Shown here: positions 1-8,385 of the stretch, one piece after another
Layout of the letters: each line of letters opens with the position of its first letter
Position numbering within the stretch: the first letter of the stretch is position 1
Assembly (NCBI GenBank): GCA_049582445.1
Contig: JBAUTZ010000310.1
Span: 6,419 to 70,418 of the forward strand
Reading direction: 5' to 3'
Length of the DNA: 64,000 nucleotides
Origin: Burkholderiales bacterium
GTDB taxonomy: Bacteria > Pseudomonadota > Gammaproteobacteria > Burkholderiales > SG8-39
Program-made: the position numbers and the translations under genes
Notes under the pieces: model-generated
The model's input: the letters and a program-made list of their open reading frames with translations, nothing else
Told to the model about the DNA's origin: nothing
Databases searched by the model: none

Positions 1-313
1 TGCGGTACTGCAGCTCGAGCGTAGGCACCCCGGCCTTCGCTTCGTGCTGGTTTCCGCGTCTGGCATCAACGACCTGGATGCATCGGGAGTCGAGATGCTC
101 GCATCACTGCATGAGGGGCTGCGTAAGAACGGCATCGCGCTGGTGTTCAGCGGCGTCAAACCTCGGGTAAGTTCGGTCTTGGAGCGCACCGGGCTCAGAG
201 AGCGCATCAGCGCAAAGAATTTCTTCGGGACCGATCAGGACGCGTTTGCGGCGCTCGCCCGCCGCGAGGTGGTGCGCCCGCCGGAAACAGAACGTCCGCC
301 CCGAGATCGCTGA
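1..313 (+). CDS. SulP-family anion transporter, C-terminal STAS domain (5' end lies outside the window)
   Basis: The frame stays open from the window edge into ORF 44..313. The sequence VLVSASGINDLDASGVEMLASLHEGLRKNGIALVFSGVKPRV resembles the STAS fold found at SulP C-termini. Confidence 0.6.
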   Translation, partial: AVLQLERRHPGLRFVLVSASGINDLDASGVEMLASLHEGLRKNGIALVFSGVKPRVSSVLERTGLRERISAKNFFGTDQDAFAALARREVVRPPETERPPRDR

Positions 314-384
314 TGGCGGGAATGGGCCGGCGCGCGTCAGCGCCACGCAAGGGCGGCCCGCACGCCCTGTCGCCCCAAGACCCT

Positions 385-414
385 GCGCCGATCGTGTCTA
401 CCTGCGATCGGCGC
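385..414. repeat. Perfect 10-bp inverted repeat GCGCCGATCG-N10-CGATCGGCGC, followed 10 nt later by a T7 run (425..431)
   Basis: Read directly from the sequence. It lies between the SulP stop (313) and the next start (464). It could be a terminator with an atypical spacer, or an operator overlapping a TGcTAGACT extended -10-like element. Confidence 0.45.
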
Positions 415-463
415 TGTGCTAGACTTTTTTTGCTTCGCCCTACACCACTATAAGGAGAAAAGC

Positions 464-1057
464 ATGGGTGCAATCCTTCAGTCTCTGGGCCGCACGGTTA
501 CAGCGGGGGTCGTGCTGCTGATTGCCATCATCGTGATCGTCGGCGCGACCACGGGAAATTGGATACGAGCCGACCATCTTTGGTGGGCGTTCTTCTTCCG
601 CTGGTTGCATGTGCTCTCCGGCGTGATGTGGATCGGCCTGCTCTGGTACTTCAACTTCGTGCAGACGCCGTCGATGCCCAAGATTCCGGACGAGCATAAG
701 CCGGCGATCACCAAGGTGATTGCACCGGCGGCGCTGTTCTGGTTCCGCTGGGCGGCCTTGTCGACCGTGGTCACCGGACTGATTCTCGGCAGCATGAACG
801 GCTACATCTGGCAGGCGCTGACGCTGCAAAAAGGCGTGATTGCCATTGGGCTCGGCATGTGGATGGGCCTGATCATGGCGTTCAACGTGTGGTTCATCAT
901 CTGGCCGAACCAGAAGAAGGTCTTGGGCATCGTGCAAGTGGCGGCCGAGGCCAAGGCAGCCGCAGCAAAGCTCGCGGGGCAGGCTTCCCGCATCAATACG
1001 CTGCTTTCGATTCCGATGCTGTTCTGCATGGTCGCGCAGCAAAACGGCGGCCTCTAA
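464..1057 (+). CDS. Polytopic membrane protein resembling the N-terminal membrane domain of urate hydroxylase PuuD (COG3748-like); no cytochrome c domain
   Basis: ATG at 464 is preceded by AAGGAG at a spacing of 6 nt. It has several hydrophobic helices. The motif FRWLHVLSGVMWIGLLWYFNFVQ matches my memory of the PuuD/Urate_ox_N family. Confidence 0.6.
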   Translation: MGAILQSLGRTVTAGVVLLIAIIVIVGATTGNWIRADHLWWAFFFRWLHVLSGVMWIGLLWYFNFVQTPSMPKIPDEHKPAITKVIAPAALFWFRWAALSTVVTGLILGSMNGYIWQALTLQKGVIAIGLGMWMGLIMAFNVWFIIWPNQKKVLGIVQVAAEAKAAAAKLAGQASRINTLLSIPMLFCMVAQQNGGL

Positions 1058-1121
1058 GGCGCCGGACCACCGGCCGGGGCGGCACCACACGCCGCCCCGC
1101 TTCATCTTCGACCGGACCCCG

Positions 1122-2180
1122 ATGCAGACTGGCGGCAAGCGCGCGGCGGCAAGCGCGCTGCTCGCAGCGGTCCTGTTCGGAGCGAGCACGCCGGCGGCCA
1201 AGTCATTGGCCGGGGAAATGTCGCCCTTCCTGCTCGCCGGACTGCTCTATGCGGGAAGCGGTTTTGGGCTGTCCCTATGGCTGGCGGGCCTGCGCTTACG
1301 CCACGACCGCGTGGGCCATGCACCGTTGCGACGCAACGATCTGCCCTGGCTCGCCGGGGCCGTCATTTCCGGCGGTGTGGTCGGTCCGGTGCTACTGATG
1401 GCTGGTCTCGCCCGCACGCCGGCATCGAGCGCGTCGCTGCTGCTCAATCTCGAAGGCGTGTTCACTGCGCTGCTCGCATGGTTCGCGTTTCGGGAGAACT
1501 TCGATCGCCGCATTGCGCTCGGAATGGCGCTCATCGTCGGCGGCAGCGCTCTGCTATCGCTCGGCGCCGGGGCAGCCGGTCGCCTCGATATGGGCAGCCT
1601 CGCCGTGGCAGGGGCGTGCGTGGCCTGGGCGCTGGACAACAATCTCACGCGAAAGATCGCGTCGAGTGACGCAGCGACCATCGCCGCGATCAAGGGCATT
1701 GTCGCCGCCGCGGTCAACCTCTCGCTCGCGGTCGCCGTCGGGGCGGCGTGGCCCGGCGCCGGTCGCGCGGCGGCGGCGGCACTGATCGGCCTGTTCGGGT
1801 ACGGGGTAAGCCTGACGCTGTTCGTCGTCGCGCTACGGGATCTCGGCGCGGCGCGCACTGGCGCTTATTTCTCCACCGCGCCGTTTGTCGGGGTAGCGCT
1901 CGCGCTCGCCACGTTGGGTGAGTCGCCGGGCGCGCAATTCTGGTACGCCGGGCTCCTGATTGCGACCGGCGTGTGGCTGCACGTCAGCGAGCGGCATGTG
2001 CACGTGCACGCCCATGAGCCCCTGGAACACACGCACCGCCATGTTCACGAGGAGCACCATCGGCACGAGCACGCCAGCGCCTGGGATGGTCGCGAGCCGC
2101 ACACTCACTCGCATCGCCATGAACGGCTGGTACACAGCCATCCGCACTATCCGGACATCCACCACGGACATCCGCATTGA
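1122..2180 (+). CDS. EamA/DMT-family transporter with a histidine-rich C-terminal tail
   Basis: About 10 TM segments with duplicated EamA-like halves. The last 66 residues (1980..2177) contain 24 His. Confidence 0.8.
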   Translation: MQTGGKRAAASALLAAVLFGASTPAAKSLAGEMSPFLLAGLLYAGSGFGLSLWLAGLRLRHDRVGHAPLRRNDLPWLAGAVISGGVVGPVLLMAGLARTPASSASLLLNLEGVFTALLAWFAFRENFDRRIALGMALIVGGSALLSLGAGAAGRLDMGSLAVAGACVAWALDNNLTRKIASSDAATIAAIKGIVAAAVNLSLAVAVGAAWPGAGRAAAAALIGLFGYGVSLTLFVVALRDLGAARTGAYFSTAPFVGVALALATLGESPGAQFWYAGLLIATGVWLHVSERHVHVHAHEPLEHTHRHVHEEHHRHEHASAWDGREPHTHSHRHERLVHSHPHYPDIHHGHPH

Positions 2181-2186
2181 CGCGAG

Positions 2187-2711
2187 TCAGTGCCGGATCT
2201 TGTCGAGCCCCTGCAGGCGGCTTCCGGCGCGAATACCGCGCGCCGCGAACCAGCCTTGCGTCATTTCCAGGGCATAGCGCACAGGCTTCGCCGCGCAGTG
2301 CGGATCTTCGGTCTGCGGCTGCATGTCGGCGATATTGACGATCGAGCCGTCATCGTCGATGAATGCGACCGAAAGGGGAAGCAGGGTGTTCTTCATCCAC
2401 ATGCACTGCTCGCCAGGCTGCTCGAACACGAACAGCATCCCCCCGTTAGGCGCGAGCGACGTGCGATACATCAGACCCTCCATACGGGTCGTGAACTCAT
2501 TGGCGAGCTCGGCATGAATGAGGTGAATGCCGGCCACGAGTTGGACCTCCGGCAGCGGGGCTTGCTGAGCGCGCGCGAATGACGCCGACAGAATGGCGAG
2601 CGCGCACGCAAGGCTTAGGCGCGCGAAGCGCGCACGAAAAAGGAAAGGCAGGGTCTCCCCTGCCTTTCCGCGGGGCAGCTTGCGCCCCGTTTCTTCCAGG
2701 AAGCGAGTCAA
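2187..2711 (-). CDS. DUF192 (COG1430) family protein with a signal-peptide-like segment; start codon unresolved
   Basis: The core GLMYR...GMLFVF...MWMKNTLLPLSVAFID is typical of DUF192. The only in-frame canonical start upstream of the signal peptide is TTG at 2711, and that puts a strong terminator hairpin inside codons 10-25. Confidence 0.65.
   Translation of the reverse strand: MTRFLEETGRKLPRGKAGETLPFLFRARFARLSLACALAILSASFARAQQAPLPEVQLVAGIHLIHAELANEFTTRMEGLMYRTSLAPNGGMLFVFEQPGEQCMWMKNTLLPLSVAFIDDDGSIVNIADMQPQTEDPHCAAKPVRYALEMTQGWFAARGIRAGSRLQGLDKIRH
2636..2690 (-). terminator. Rho-independent terminator of the K/E/S/Q-repeat gene: two tandem hairpins followed by a T5 run
   Basis: On the minus strand, hairpin B is CGGGGC-N7-GCCCCG (2689..2671). 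Hairpin A is a perfect 12-bp stem, GGAAAGGCAGGG-gaga-CCCTGCCTTTCC (2669..2642), followed by TTTTT (2641..2637). The structure starts 25 nt after the TAG at 2715. Confidence 0.7.
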
Positions 2712-2714
2712 TCG

Positions 2715-2972
2715 CTACTTCTTCATCGACTCTTTTTGCGATTCTTTTTGCGATTCCTTTTGCGACTCTTTCATCGACTCCTTGCCCTTCTTCTGCGACT
2801 CTTTCTTCTTCTGCGATTCCTTCTTCTTCTGCGACTCTTTCTTCTTCTGCGACTCTTTCTTCTTCGGCGCTTGCTTCTGCTCTTCCTTCTGCGCTTCCTT
2901 CGGTTGAGCGAAGAGGGGCGCGCTGGTGGCCGCGAACGCGGCGGCGATCAATACCGACAACAGCTTCTTCAT
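2715..2972 (-). CDS. Small secreted low-complexity Lys/Glu/Ser/Gln repeat protein
   Basis: ATG at 2972 has an AGGAGA RBS. The signal peptide is MKKLLSVLIAAAFAATSAPLFA. The mature part is KKKESQ x4 followed by KESQ x3, flanked by KESM. Confidence 0.7.
   Translation of the reverse strand: MKKLLSVLIAAAFAATSAPLFAQPKEAQKEEQKQAPKKKESQKKKESQKKKESQKKKESQKKGKESMKESQKESQKESQKESMKK
2716..2870. repeat. Nested in-frame tandem repeats: a 12-nt unit (about 5 copies, 2728..2787) and an 18-nt unit (4 copies, 2787..2858)
   Basis: Units were read directly, for example cttcttctgcgactcttt at 2787, 2805 (2 mismatches), 2823 and 2841, and gaYtcYttttgc units from 2728. Confidence 0.85.
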
Positions 2973-3434
2973 CTGCTTCTCCTGATCAATATATATTGAG
3001 CGGGTGGCAAAACATTCGAAGTACTCCAACCCACTCCATTAAACGCGGTACCAGCGCGATGGTTGACAACCCCTGTAGCTGCGATGCCCCAATTGGCGTT
3101 GCGGCGGATCCAGCACAGGCGGCGATTCTAAAAAAACGGCGACCGCGCCACAACTGATTTCTGCGTAACTTACTGTTTTGAATGTCGTTATCGAGCGACA
3201 GCGCCGTCCCATCGAGAGCATCCAGCAGCGGCATCGGAATCGGCGCCGGCGGGTCGCCCTTCGATCCGCCCGCTGCCCTCTAGGCCGTCCGGCGTATGAT
3301 TTTTCCGAGAAGCATGCCGGGGACGCGGTCCGGCGTGCCATGGCCATCGCCAGCAGACCGCTCGGGCCCCACTCTTATATAATATATCTTTTATTAGATT
3401 CTTAGATCTGTCCACGACAGGACCAGGAGCAACC

Positions 3435-4691
3435 ATGGCGTACAAGCACATCAAGGTTCCCGCCGGCGGCGAGAAGATCAAGGTCAACAAGGACTTCTCA
3501 CTGTCCGTGCCCGACAATCCCATCATCCCCTACATCGAGGGTGATGGCACCGGAATCGACATCACCCCGGTCATGATCAAGGTGGTCGATGCCGCGGTGA
3601 GGAAGGCCTATGGCGGCAAGAAAAAGATCGTCTGGATGGAAATGTATGCCGGCGAGAAATCCTGCAAGGTCTACGGCGAGAACGTCTGGCTTCCCGAGGA
3701 GACCCTCGAGGCCTCCAAGGAATACGTCGTTTCGATCAAGGGTCCGCTTACCACTCCGGTCGGCGGCGGCATCCGATCGATCAACGTCGCCCTGCGCCAG
3801 GAGCTGGACCTCTATGTCTGCCTGCGCCCGGTGCGCTGGTTCAAGGGCGTTCCGAGCCCGCTCAAGCAACCCGACAAGGTCGACATGGTGATCTTCCGCG
3901 AGAACGCGGAGGACATCTATGCCGGCATCGAGTGGCCGGCCAAGTCAGCCGAAGCGAAGAAAGTGATCGATTTCCTGATCAAGGAGATGAAGGTCACGAA
4001 GATCCGTTTCCCGGCGAGCTCGGCGATCGGGATCAAGCCGGTGTCGATCGAGGGCTCGGAGCGCCTGATTCGCAAGGCTTACCAGTACGCGATCGACAAC
4101 AAGCGCAAGTCGGTGACGCTGGTGCACAAGGGCAACATCCAGAAGTTCACCGAGGGCGGATTCCGTGACTGGGGCTACGCCCTGGCGCAGAGAGAGTTCG
4201 GCGCCAAGCCGATCGATGGCGGTCCGTGGTGCAGTTTCAAGAACCCGAAGGGTGGCCCGGATATCGTCGTAAAGGACGTGATCACCGACGCGATGCTGCA
4301 ACAGATCCTGCTCCGGCCGGCCGAGTATGACGTGCTCGCCACCACCAATCTGAATGGCGACTACATCTCCGATGCGCTCGCGGCAGAAGTCGGAGGCATC
4401 GGCATTGCGCCTGGAGCCAATATGTCCGACTCGGTGGCGATGTTCGAGGCCACTCATGGCACCGCGCCCAAATACGCAGGCAAGGACTATGTCAATCCGG
4501 GCTCCGAGATCCTGTCGGCCGAGATGATGCTGCGTCACATGGGGTGGACCGCGGCCGCCGACGCGATCGTGAAGTCGATGGAGGCCGCGATCGGCGACAA
4601 GATCGTGACCTACGATTTCGCCCGCCAGATGGAGGGGGCCAAGCAGGTCTCCTGCTCCGGCTTCGGTCAGGCCATGATCGAGCGCATGTGA
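3435..4691 (+). CDS. icd: NADP-dependent isocitrate dehydrogenase
   Basis: 418 aa that aligns along its full length with prokaryotic homodimeric IDH ([38 protein letters not shown]). AGGAG RBS. Confidence 0.95.
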   Translation: MAYKHIKVPAGGEKIKVNKDFSLSVPDNPIIPYIEGDGTGIDITPVMIKVVDAAVRKAYGGKKKIVWMEMYAGEKSCKVYGENVWLPEETLEASKEYVVSIKGPLTTPVGGGIRSINVALRQELDLYVCLRPVRWFKGVPSPLKQPDKVDMVIFRENAEDIYAGIEWPAKSAEAKKVIDFLIKEMKVTKIRFPASSAIGIKPVSIEGSERLIRKAYQYAIDNKRKSVTLVHKGNIQKFTEGGFRDWGYALAQREFGAKPIDGGPWCSFKNPKGGPDIVVKDVITDAMLQQILLRPAEYDVLATTNLNGDYISDALAAEVGGIGIAPGANMSDSVAMFEATHGTAPKYAGKDYVNPGSEILSAEMMLRHMGWTAAADAIVKSMEAAIGDKIVTYDFARQMEGAKQVSCSGFGQAMIERM

Positions 4692-4730
4692 GGTCGCGCC
4701 GCGCGGGTTGCTCTTCCGGACACCCGCGAC

Positions 4731-4767
4731 CAAAACAAAAAGGCCGCCCGCGGGCGGCCTTTTTTTC
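4731..4767. terminator. Bidirectional Rho-independent terminator between convergent icd and csp
   Basis: The 20-nt palindrome AGGCCGCCCGCGGGCGGCCT (4741..4760) is flanked by an A-run upstream and T6 downstream. Confidence 0.8.
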
Positions 4768-4787
4768 ACATTCTTGCAGGTCGGGCG

Positions 4788-4991
4788 CTAGGCTTTCTGG
4801 ATGTTGGAGGCCTGCTTGCCCTTCGGGCCCTGGACCACATCGAAAGAGACCTTCTGCCCTTCCTTGAGGGTCTTGAAACCCGACATGTTGATCGCCGAGA
4901 AATGCGCGAAAAGGTCTTCGCTACCATCGTCGGGCGTGATGAACCCGTAGCCCTTCGCGTCGTTGAACCATTTAACGGTGCCTGTCGCCAT
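4788..4991 (-). CDS. cspA: CspA-family cold-shock protein
   Basis: [34 protein letters not shown] carries the RNP1 and RNP2 motifs. 67 aa. GGAAAGGAAG RBS. Confidence 0.95.
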   Translation of the reverse strand: MATGTVKWFNDAKGYGFITPDDGSEDLFAHFSAINMSGFKTLKEGQKVSFDVVQGPKGKQASNIQKA

Positions 4992-5110
4992 GTGCCGCTT
5001 CCTTTCCACCTGGTTTTGAGGATTACCGCGGGAAACCCCGGGATGCCTGAACTTCACGACCCCGCCGCCCCCATTGGCGAAACAGACAGCCTGAATCCAA
5101 ACACGGGTGG

Positions 5111-5141
5111 ATTTTTACGCCCGCCCGGGGCCGCTAGTCAA
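5111..5141 (-). promoter_or_regulatory. Putative sigma70 promoter of the csp gene, giving a 5' UTR of about 110 nt
   Basis: The minus strand reads TTGACT (5141..5136), an 18-nt spacer, then TAAAAAT (5117..5111). A long leader is typical of csp genes. Confidence 0.4.
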
Positions 5142-5359
5142 GGGCCTCCGCCTGGCGGTGCGACCGAACATTTGCGCGTGCAATAGTGCCCCCGGCGACC
5201 CAAGGGCGCTCGCGTTGCGCCGCCGCAGGACATTGATTAGGATAGCCTACAAGGACTGGGTAGCATCAACCGACTCATTACGGCACACGGAGCGGGAACG
5301 AGCGAACTAGAGGGATGTCTGACCATATTGAGCTCGACGGCGCGAAGTAAGCAGGCGGC

Positions 5360-5668
5360 ATGGCGACGCAGTTCAGAGACGACACGGTACTGGAGGCGCA
5401 GAAGCGAAAGCTCAAGCCGCCTCCGATGTTCAAAGTCATGCTGTTGAACGACGACTACACGCCGATGGAGTTCGTGGTACTGGTATTGCAGAAGTTCTTC
5501 GGCATGACCAGGGAGCGGGCAACCCAAGTGATGCTCAAGGTTCACCGCGAAGGCATCGGGGTGTGCGGGGTGTATCCTCGCGATGTGGCCACGACGAAGG
5601 TGCAGCAGGTGGCCTCGTTTGCACGCAAGCACCAGCACCCGTTGCAGTGCGTAATGGAGGAAACGTAG
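5360..5668 (+). CDS. clpS: ATP-dependent Clp protease adaptor ClpS
   Basis: [27 protein letters not shown] is the ClpS core. The gene lies immediately upstream of clpA. Confidence 0.95.
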   Translation: MATQFRDDTVLEAQKRKLKPPPMFKVMLLNDDYTPMEFVVLVLQKFFGMTRERATQVMLKVHREGIGVCGVYPRDVATTKVQQVASFARKHQHPLQCVMEET

Positions 5669-5669
5669 G

Positions 5670-7931
5670 ATGATTGCCCAGGAGCTCGAAGTCAGTCTGC
5701 ACATGGCGTTCGTCGAGGCGCGGCAGAAGCGCCACGAGTTCATTACCGTCGAACACCTCCTCCTCGCGCTTCTCGACAATCCGACCGCCGCCGAAGTGCT
5801 TCGCGCCTGCGGCGCGAACATCGACGAGCTGCGGAAGAATCTGACGCAGCACATCTCGGAACAAACGCCGCGCATCGCGGCCGATCGCGAGGTGGACACT
5901 CAACCGACACTTGGCTTCCAGCGCGTCATCCAGCGGGCTATTCTGCACGTGCAGTCTTCGGGCAAGAAGGAGGTGACCGGCGCCAATGTGCTGGTCGCGA
6001 TCTTTGGCGAAAAGGACTCGCACGCCGTGTACTTTCTCCAGCAGCAGGGCATCACCCGGCTGGACGTGGTCAACTACATTTCGCACGGCATCACCAAGAC
6101 GCCGCAGCCGCACTCCGGAAAGGCCGAACAGGAAGCCGAACAGGAGGGCCAAGCCGAGACGGCGAACAGTCCGCTCGACAATTACACCCAGAACCTGAAC
6201 TCACTCGCCCTCGCCGGCAAGATCGATCCGTTGATCGGCCGCGACAAGGAGCTCGAGCGCGTCATCCAGACACTGTGCCGGAGGCGCAAGAACAACCCCC
6301 TGCTGGTTGGAGAGGCGGGCGTGGGCAAGACGGCAATCGCCGAGGGCTTGGCGCGGCGCATCGTGGAAGGGTCTGTACCCGAACTGCTCGCGAAGTGCAC
6401 CGTGTACGCCCTCGATATGGGCGCGTTGCTGGCCGGCACCAAGTATCGCGGCGACTTCGAACAGCGGCTGAAGGCCGTGCTCAAGCAACTGGTGGACAAT
6501 CCCAACGCGATCCTTTTCATCGACGAGATCCACACGGTCATCGGCGCCGGAGCCGCCTCTGGCGGCACCTTGGACGCCTCGAACCTGCTCAAGCCGGTGC
6601 TGTCCACAGGGCAGCTCAAGTGCATCGGCGCCACGACCTACAATGAATATCGCGGCGTGTTCGAGAAAGATCATGCGCTTTCGCGGCGCTTCCAGAAGAT
6701 CGACGTCATCGAGCCCTCGGTCGAGGAGACCGTCGAAATCCTGAAGGGGCTGAAGACGCGCTTCGAGGCCCATCACAGCGTGAAGTACACGGCCAACGCG
6801 CTCAGCACCGCGGCCGAGCTTTCGGCGCGCTACATCAATGACCGGCACCTCCCCGACAAGGCGATCGACGTCATCGATGAGGCGGGCGCCGCCCAGCGCA
6901 TCGCGCCTAAAGGCAAGCAGAAGAAGATCATCGGCAAGTCCGAGATCGAAGAAATCATCGCCAAGATCGCCCGCATACCGCCGCGTTCGGTTTCGACTGA
7001 CGATCGGAGCGCTCTGGCGAACCTCGACCGGGACCTGAAGGCGGTCGTGTTCGGTCAGGACAAGGCAATCGAAGCGCTGTCCAGCGCCATCAAGATGGCG
7101 CGGTCCGGACTTGGCAACCCGCAAAAGCCGATCGGCTGCTTCCTATTTTCGGGTCCGACCGGGGTAGGCAAGACCGAGGTCGCGCGCCAGCTCGCATACT
7201 GCCTCGGCATCGAGCTGATCCGCTTCGACATGTCCGAGTACATGGAGCGGCACGCGGTGTCGCGGCTCATCGGAGCGCCGCCCGGATACGTGGGCTTCGA
7301 GCAGGGCGGCCTGCTCACGGAGCAGATCACCAAGAAGCCCTACTCCGTGCTGCTTCTGGACGAGATCGAGAAGGCGCACCCGGATATCTTCAATATCCTG
7401 CTGCAGGTAATGGACCACGGGACGCTGACCGACAACAATGGCCGGAAAGCCGATTTCCGCAACGTGGTGATCGTGATGACCACCAACGCAGGGGCGGAGC
7501 AGCTGTCCAAGAACGCGATGGGCTTTGCAGTGGTTAAGCAGGCCGGTGACGAAATGGAAGCGATCAAGCGGATGTTTACGCCCGAGTTTCGAAACCGCCT
7601 GGACGCGATCATCTCTTTCCGCGCGCTCGACCAGGACATCATCCTGCGAGTAGTGGACAAGTTCCTGATGCAGCTCGAGGAGCAGCTTCAGGAGAAGAAG
7701 GTCGAGCCGGTGTTCACTCAAAAGCTCAAGGAGCACTTGGCGAAAAAGGGCTTCGATCCGCTCATGGGTGCACGGCCAATGGCTCGCCTAATCCAAGATA
7801 CGATCCGGCGCGCGCTGGCCGACGAACTGCTGTTCGGCAAGCTTCTGCACGGCGGAAAGGTCACTATCGACGTGGACGATTCCGAGAAGATCGTCCTCAA
7901 GCTCGAGGAGGAGCCCGCAGCCATCGTCTGA
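5670..7931 (+). CDS. clpA: ATP-dependent Clp protease ATP-binding subunit ClpA
   Basis: 753 aa with two AAA+ modules (GEAGVGKT and GPTGVGKT Walker A motifs) and a Clp N-domain. Confidence 0.95.
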   Translation: MIAQELEVSLHMAFVEARQKRHEFITVEHLLLALLDNPTAAEVLRACGANIDELRKNLTQHISEQTPRIAADREVDTQPTLGFQRVIQRAILHVQSSGKKEVTGANVLVAIFGEKDSHAVYFLQQQGITRLDVVNYISHGITKTPQPHSGKAEQEAEQEGQAETANSPLDNYTQNLNSLALAGKIDPLIGRDKELERVIQTLCRRRKNNPLLVGEAGVGKTAIAEGLARRIVEGSVPELLAKCTVYALDMGALLAGTKYRGDFEQRLKAVLKQLVDNPNAILFIDEIHTVIGAGAASGGTLDASNLLKPVLSTGQLKCIGATTYNEYRGVFEKDHALSRRFQKIDVIEPSVEETVEILKGLKTRFEAHHSVKYTANALSTAAELSARYINDRHLPDKAIDVIDEAGAAQRIAPKGKQKKIIGKSEIEEIIAKIARIPPRSVSTDDRSALANLDRDLKAVVFGQDKAIEALSSAIKMARSGLGNPQKPIGCFLFSGPTGVGKTEVARQLAYCLGIELIRFDMSEYMERHAVSRLIGAPPGYVGFEQGGLLTEQITKKPYSVLLLDEIEKAHPDIFNILLQVMDHGTLTDNNGRKADFRNVVIVMTTNAGAEQLSKNAMGFAVVKQAGDEMEAIKRMFTPEFRNRLDAIISFRALDQDIILRVVDKFLMQLEEQLQEKKVEPVFTQKLKEHLAKKGFDPLMGARPMARLIQDTIRRALADELLFGKLLHGGKVTIDVDDSEKIVLKLEEEPAAIV

Positions 7932-7951
7932 CGGGCGCCACTCCGCAAACG

Positions 7952-7979
7952 AAGCCCCGCTCCGGCGGGGCTTTTTTTT
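7952..7979 (+). terminator. Rho-independent terminator after clpA
   Basis: AGCCCCGC-tccg-GCGGGGCT followed by T8. Confidence 0.8.
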
Positions 7980-8082
7980 GGCGGTCTGTCTTTGTTGACC
8001 AGAGAAAGCTTACATTCTTGACAGCATTTTCGGCCGGCCGGACACTGCGATCGTTTGCCCAATCCGGAGGAGGAGAAGCCCG

Positions 8083-8385
8083 ATGAGAGTCCTAGTGCTT
8101 TTCGCGGGGGTAGTGTGCGCTGCGCCGATCGTTGCGGACGCGGCAGACCAGACAACCGCCCGCAACCTCGCCGCAACCTGCGCCAACTGCCACGGCACCG
8201 ACGGCCGCAGTGTGACCGAGGCGGTTGCGCCGTTGGCCGGGAAGCCAAAGGACGAGATCGTCAAGCTGATGCAGGCGTTCAAGACTGGCAAGAAGCCCGC
8301 CACGGTCATGCACCAGATCTCGAAGGGCTACACAGATCAACAGATTGAACTTGTTGCCGGCTATTTGGCCGGACAGCCGAAGTGA
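8083..8385 (+). CDS. fccA: Monoheme c-type cytochrome, likely the cytochrome subunit of flavocytochrome c sulfide dehydrogenase
   Basis: It has a signal peptide, a single CANCH heme-binding motif and a distal Met (VMHQ). Its stop overlaps the flavoprotein gene start (GTGA). Strong GGAGGAGGAG RBS. Confidence 0.75.
   Translation: MRVLVLFAGVVCAAPIVADAADQTTARNLAATCANCHGTDGRSVTEAVAPLAGKPKDEIVKLMQAFKTGKKPATVMHQISKGYTDQQIELVAGYLAGQPK

Noticed and set aside
2716-2870. A regular short repeat array that could be mistaken for a CRISPR-like or non-coding VNTR
   Set aside because: The repeat units are 12 and 18 nt with no spacers, stay in frame within an ORF that has a signal peptide and RBS, and encode KESQ/KKKESQ. 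This is a coding tandem repeat.
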